From NCBI GenBank assembly GCA_036339465.1, contig JAYZAY010000027.1, positions 1 to 38,733 of the forward strand: DNA of 38,733 bases, written 5' to 3'. This document shows, one piece after another, positions 37,879 through 38,733 of the stretch; position 1 is the stretch's first letter; every line of letters begins with the position of its first letter. Below the pieces are notes generated by a model that saw only the letters and a list, made by a program, of their open reading frames with translations, was not told the origin of the DNA and ran no database searches. The translations under genes and the position numbers were made by a program. The DNA comes from Myxococcota bacterium. Lineage in GTDB: Bacteria; Myxococcota; XYA12-FULL-58-9; JABJBS01.

Positions 37879-38733
37879 ATGTCAAATCTTGAAAACAGAT
37901 TGAATAAGCTTGGGCATTATCCAACCCCCTTAGAAAAATGGGATAAGTTAGGAAGCCGCCTTGGCTGTGAACTTTGGGCTAAACGCGATGACCTCATTGG
38001 TTTAGCCTTTGGTGGTAACAAGACCCGTAAACTCGAATATCTGACCCACGCAGCGGAGCAGGAGGGTGCCGACTGGTTGGTGACAACGGGGGCTCCCCAG
38101 TCGAATCATTGTCGTCAAACCGCGGCTGCGGCAGCCAAACTGGGATTTGGTTGCACCTTACTCTTAGGAGGCCCGGGTATACGAAGTGTGACTGGAAATC
38201 TCCTACTCGACTACATCATGGGTGCTGAAGTGGAGTGGACCACAAGTGACATGCATGCGCGTAATGAAATGTTGGGAAGTCTCCTAGAGCGTCTTAGGGA
38301 AAAGGGGCGCCGACCTTATTTGATACCCCTAGGTGGGAGCAATCATTGGGGGACTTTTGCTTTTGTAAAGGCGATGGAGGAGCTTAAAGACCAATTGGAG
38401 GCATTGGAAATCGAGCCGCCCGACGTTATTGTAACGGCCTCAAGTTCAGGCGGTACCCAGGCGGGATTGGCATTGGGGACGGCAAAGCTAGGTTGGTCGA
38501 CCCAAGTCCTGGGAGTCTCTGTTGATATGGATGAAATGTCTCTGCGGACTGTGGTCACTCAGTGTATGTTGAATGCCACGAAATATTTTTCTGACCTAAG
38601 TGACGTGACGTTGCCCGACCTTTGGATCGATGATTGCATGGCAGAATTTGAGTATGCAGCCTTTACGGATGATGAACGTGCTCTCTTGGTTGAAGTGGCC
38701 AGAGCCCAGGGAGTGTTGTTGGACCCGGTTTAT
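37879..38733 (+). CDS. D-cysteine desulfhydrase / ACC deaminase family PLP enzyme, 3'-truncated by the window
   Basis: Translated by hand from ATG 37879: PTPLE..KRDD..GGNKTRKLEYL, QSNHCRQTAAAA, SSGGTQAGL, ending LLDPVY at the window edge. Absent from the ORF track because it has no stop in the window. Confidence 0.92.
   Translation, partial: MSNLENRLNKLGHYPTPLEKWDKLGSRLGCELWAKRDDLIGLAFGGNKTRKLEYLTHAAEQEGADWLVTTGAPQSNHCRQTAAAAAKLGFGCTLLLGGPGIRSVTGNLLLDYIMGAEVEWTTSDMHARNEMLGSLLERLREKGRRPYLIPLGGSNHWGTFAFVKAMEELKDQLEALEIEPPDVIVTASSSGGTQAGLALGTAKLGWSTQVLGVSVDMDEMSLRTVVTQCMLNATKYFSDLSDVTLPDLWIDDCMAEFEYAAFTDDERALLVEVARAQGVLLDPVY

Overview
Mostly housekeeping chromosome from a probable Myxococcota or related deltaproteobacterial genome, inferred from Cys-rich lipoproteins, a MYXO-CTERM-like protein and the acpP-rpiB-glyA order. 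Recognisable genes are etfBA, rpe, a RidA-family gene, pal-like/cpoB, a DedA-family gene, selAB, groESL with a CIRCE element, acpP-rpiB-glyA, truA, mutY, a deoxynucleoside kinase, dapB-folK, tRNA-Leu(TAA), a glycosyltransferase with TPR-like tail, an OPA-type MFS transporter, an acyl-CoA dehydrogenase and a truncated D-cysteine desulfhydrase-family gene. I found no CRISPR array, integrase or transposase. The most unusual locus is 28165-31486. There, a translationally coupled operon encodes a sigma54 activator with no sensory domain, a winged-helix protein and a small MYXO-CTERM-like surface protein. It diverges from two tandem palindromic enhancer-like sites and a near-consensus sigma54 promoter. 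That promoter reads into a ~230-nt multi-branched RNA fold that I cannot assign to a known family, followed by a small ribbon-helix-helix-like gene. A second candidate structured RNA lies at ~26256-26440. All RNA folds were found by eye and need computational confirmation.
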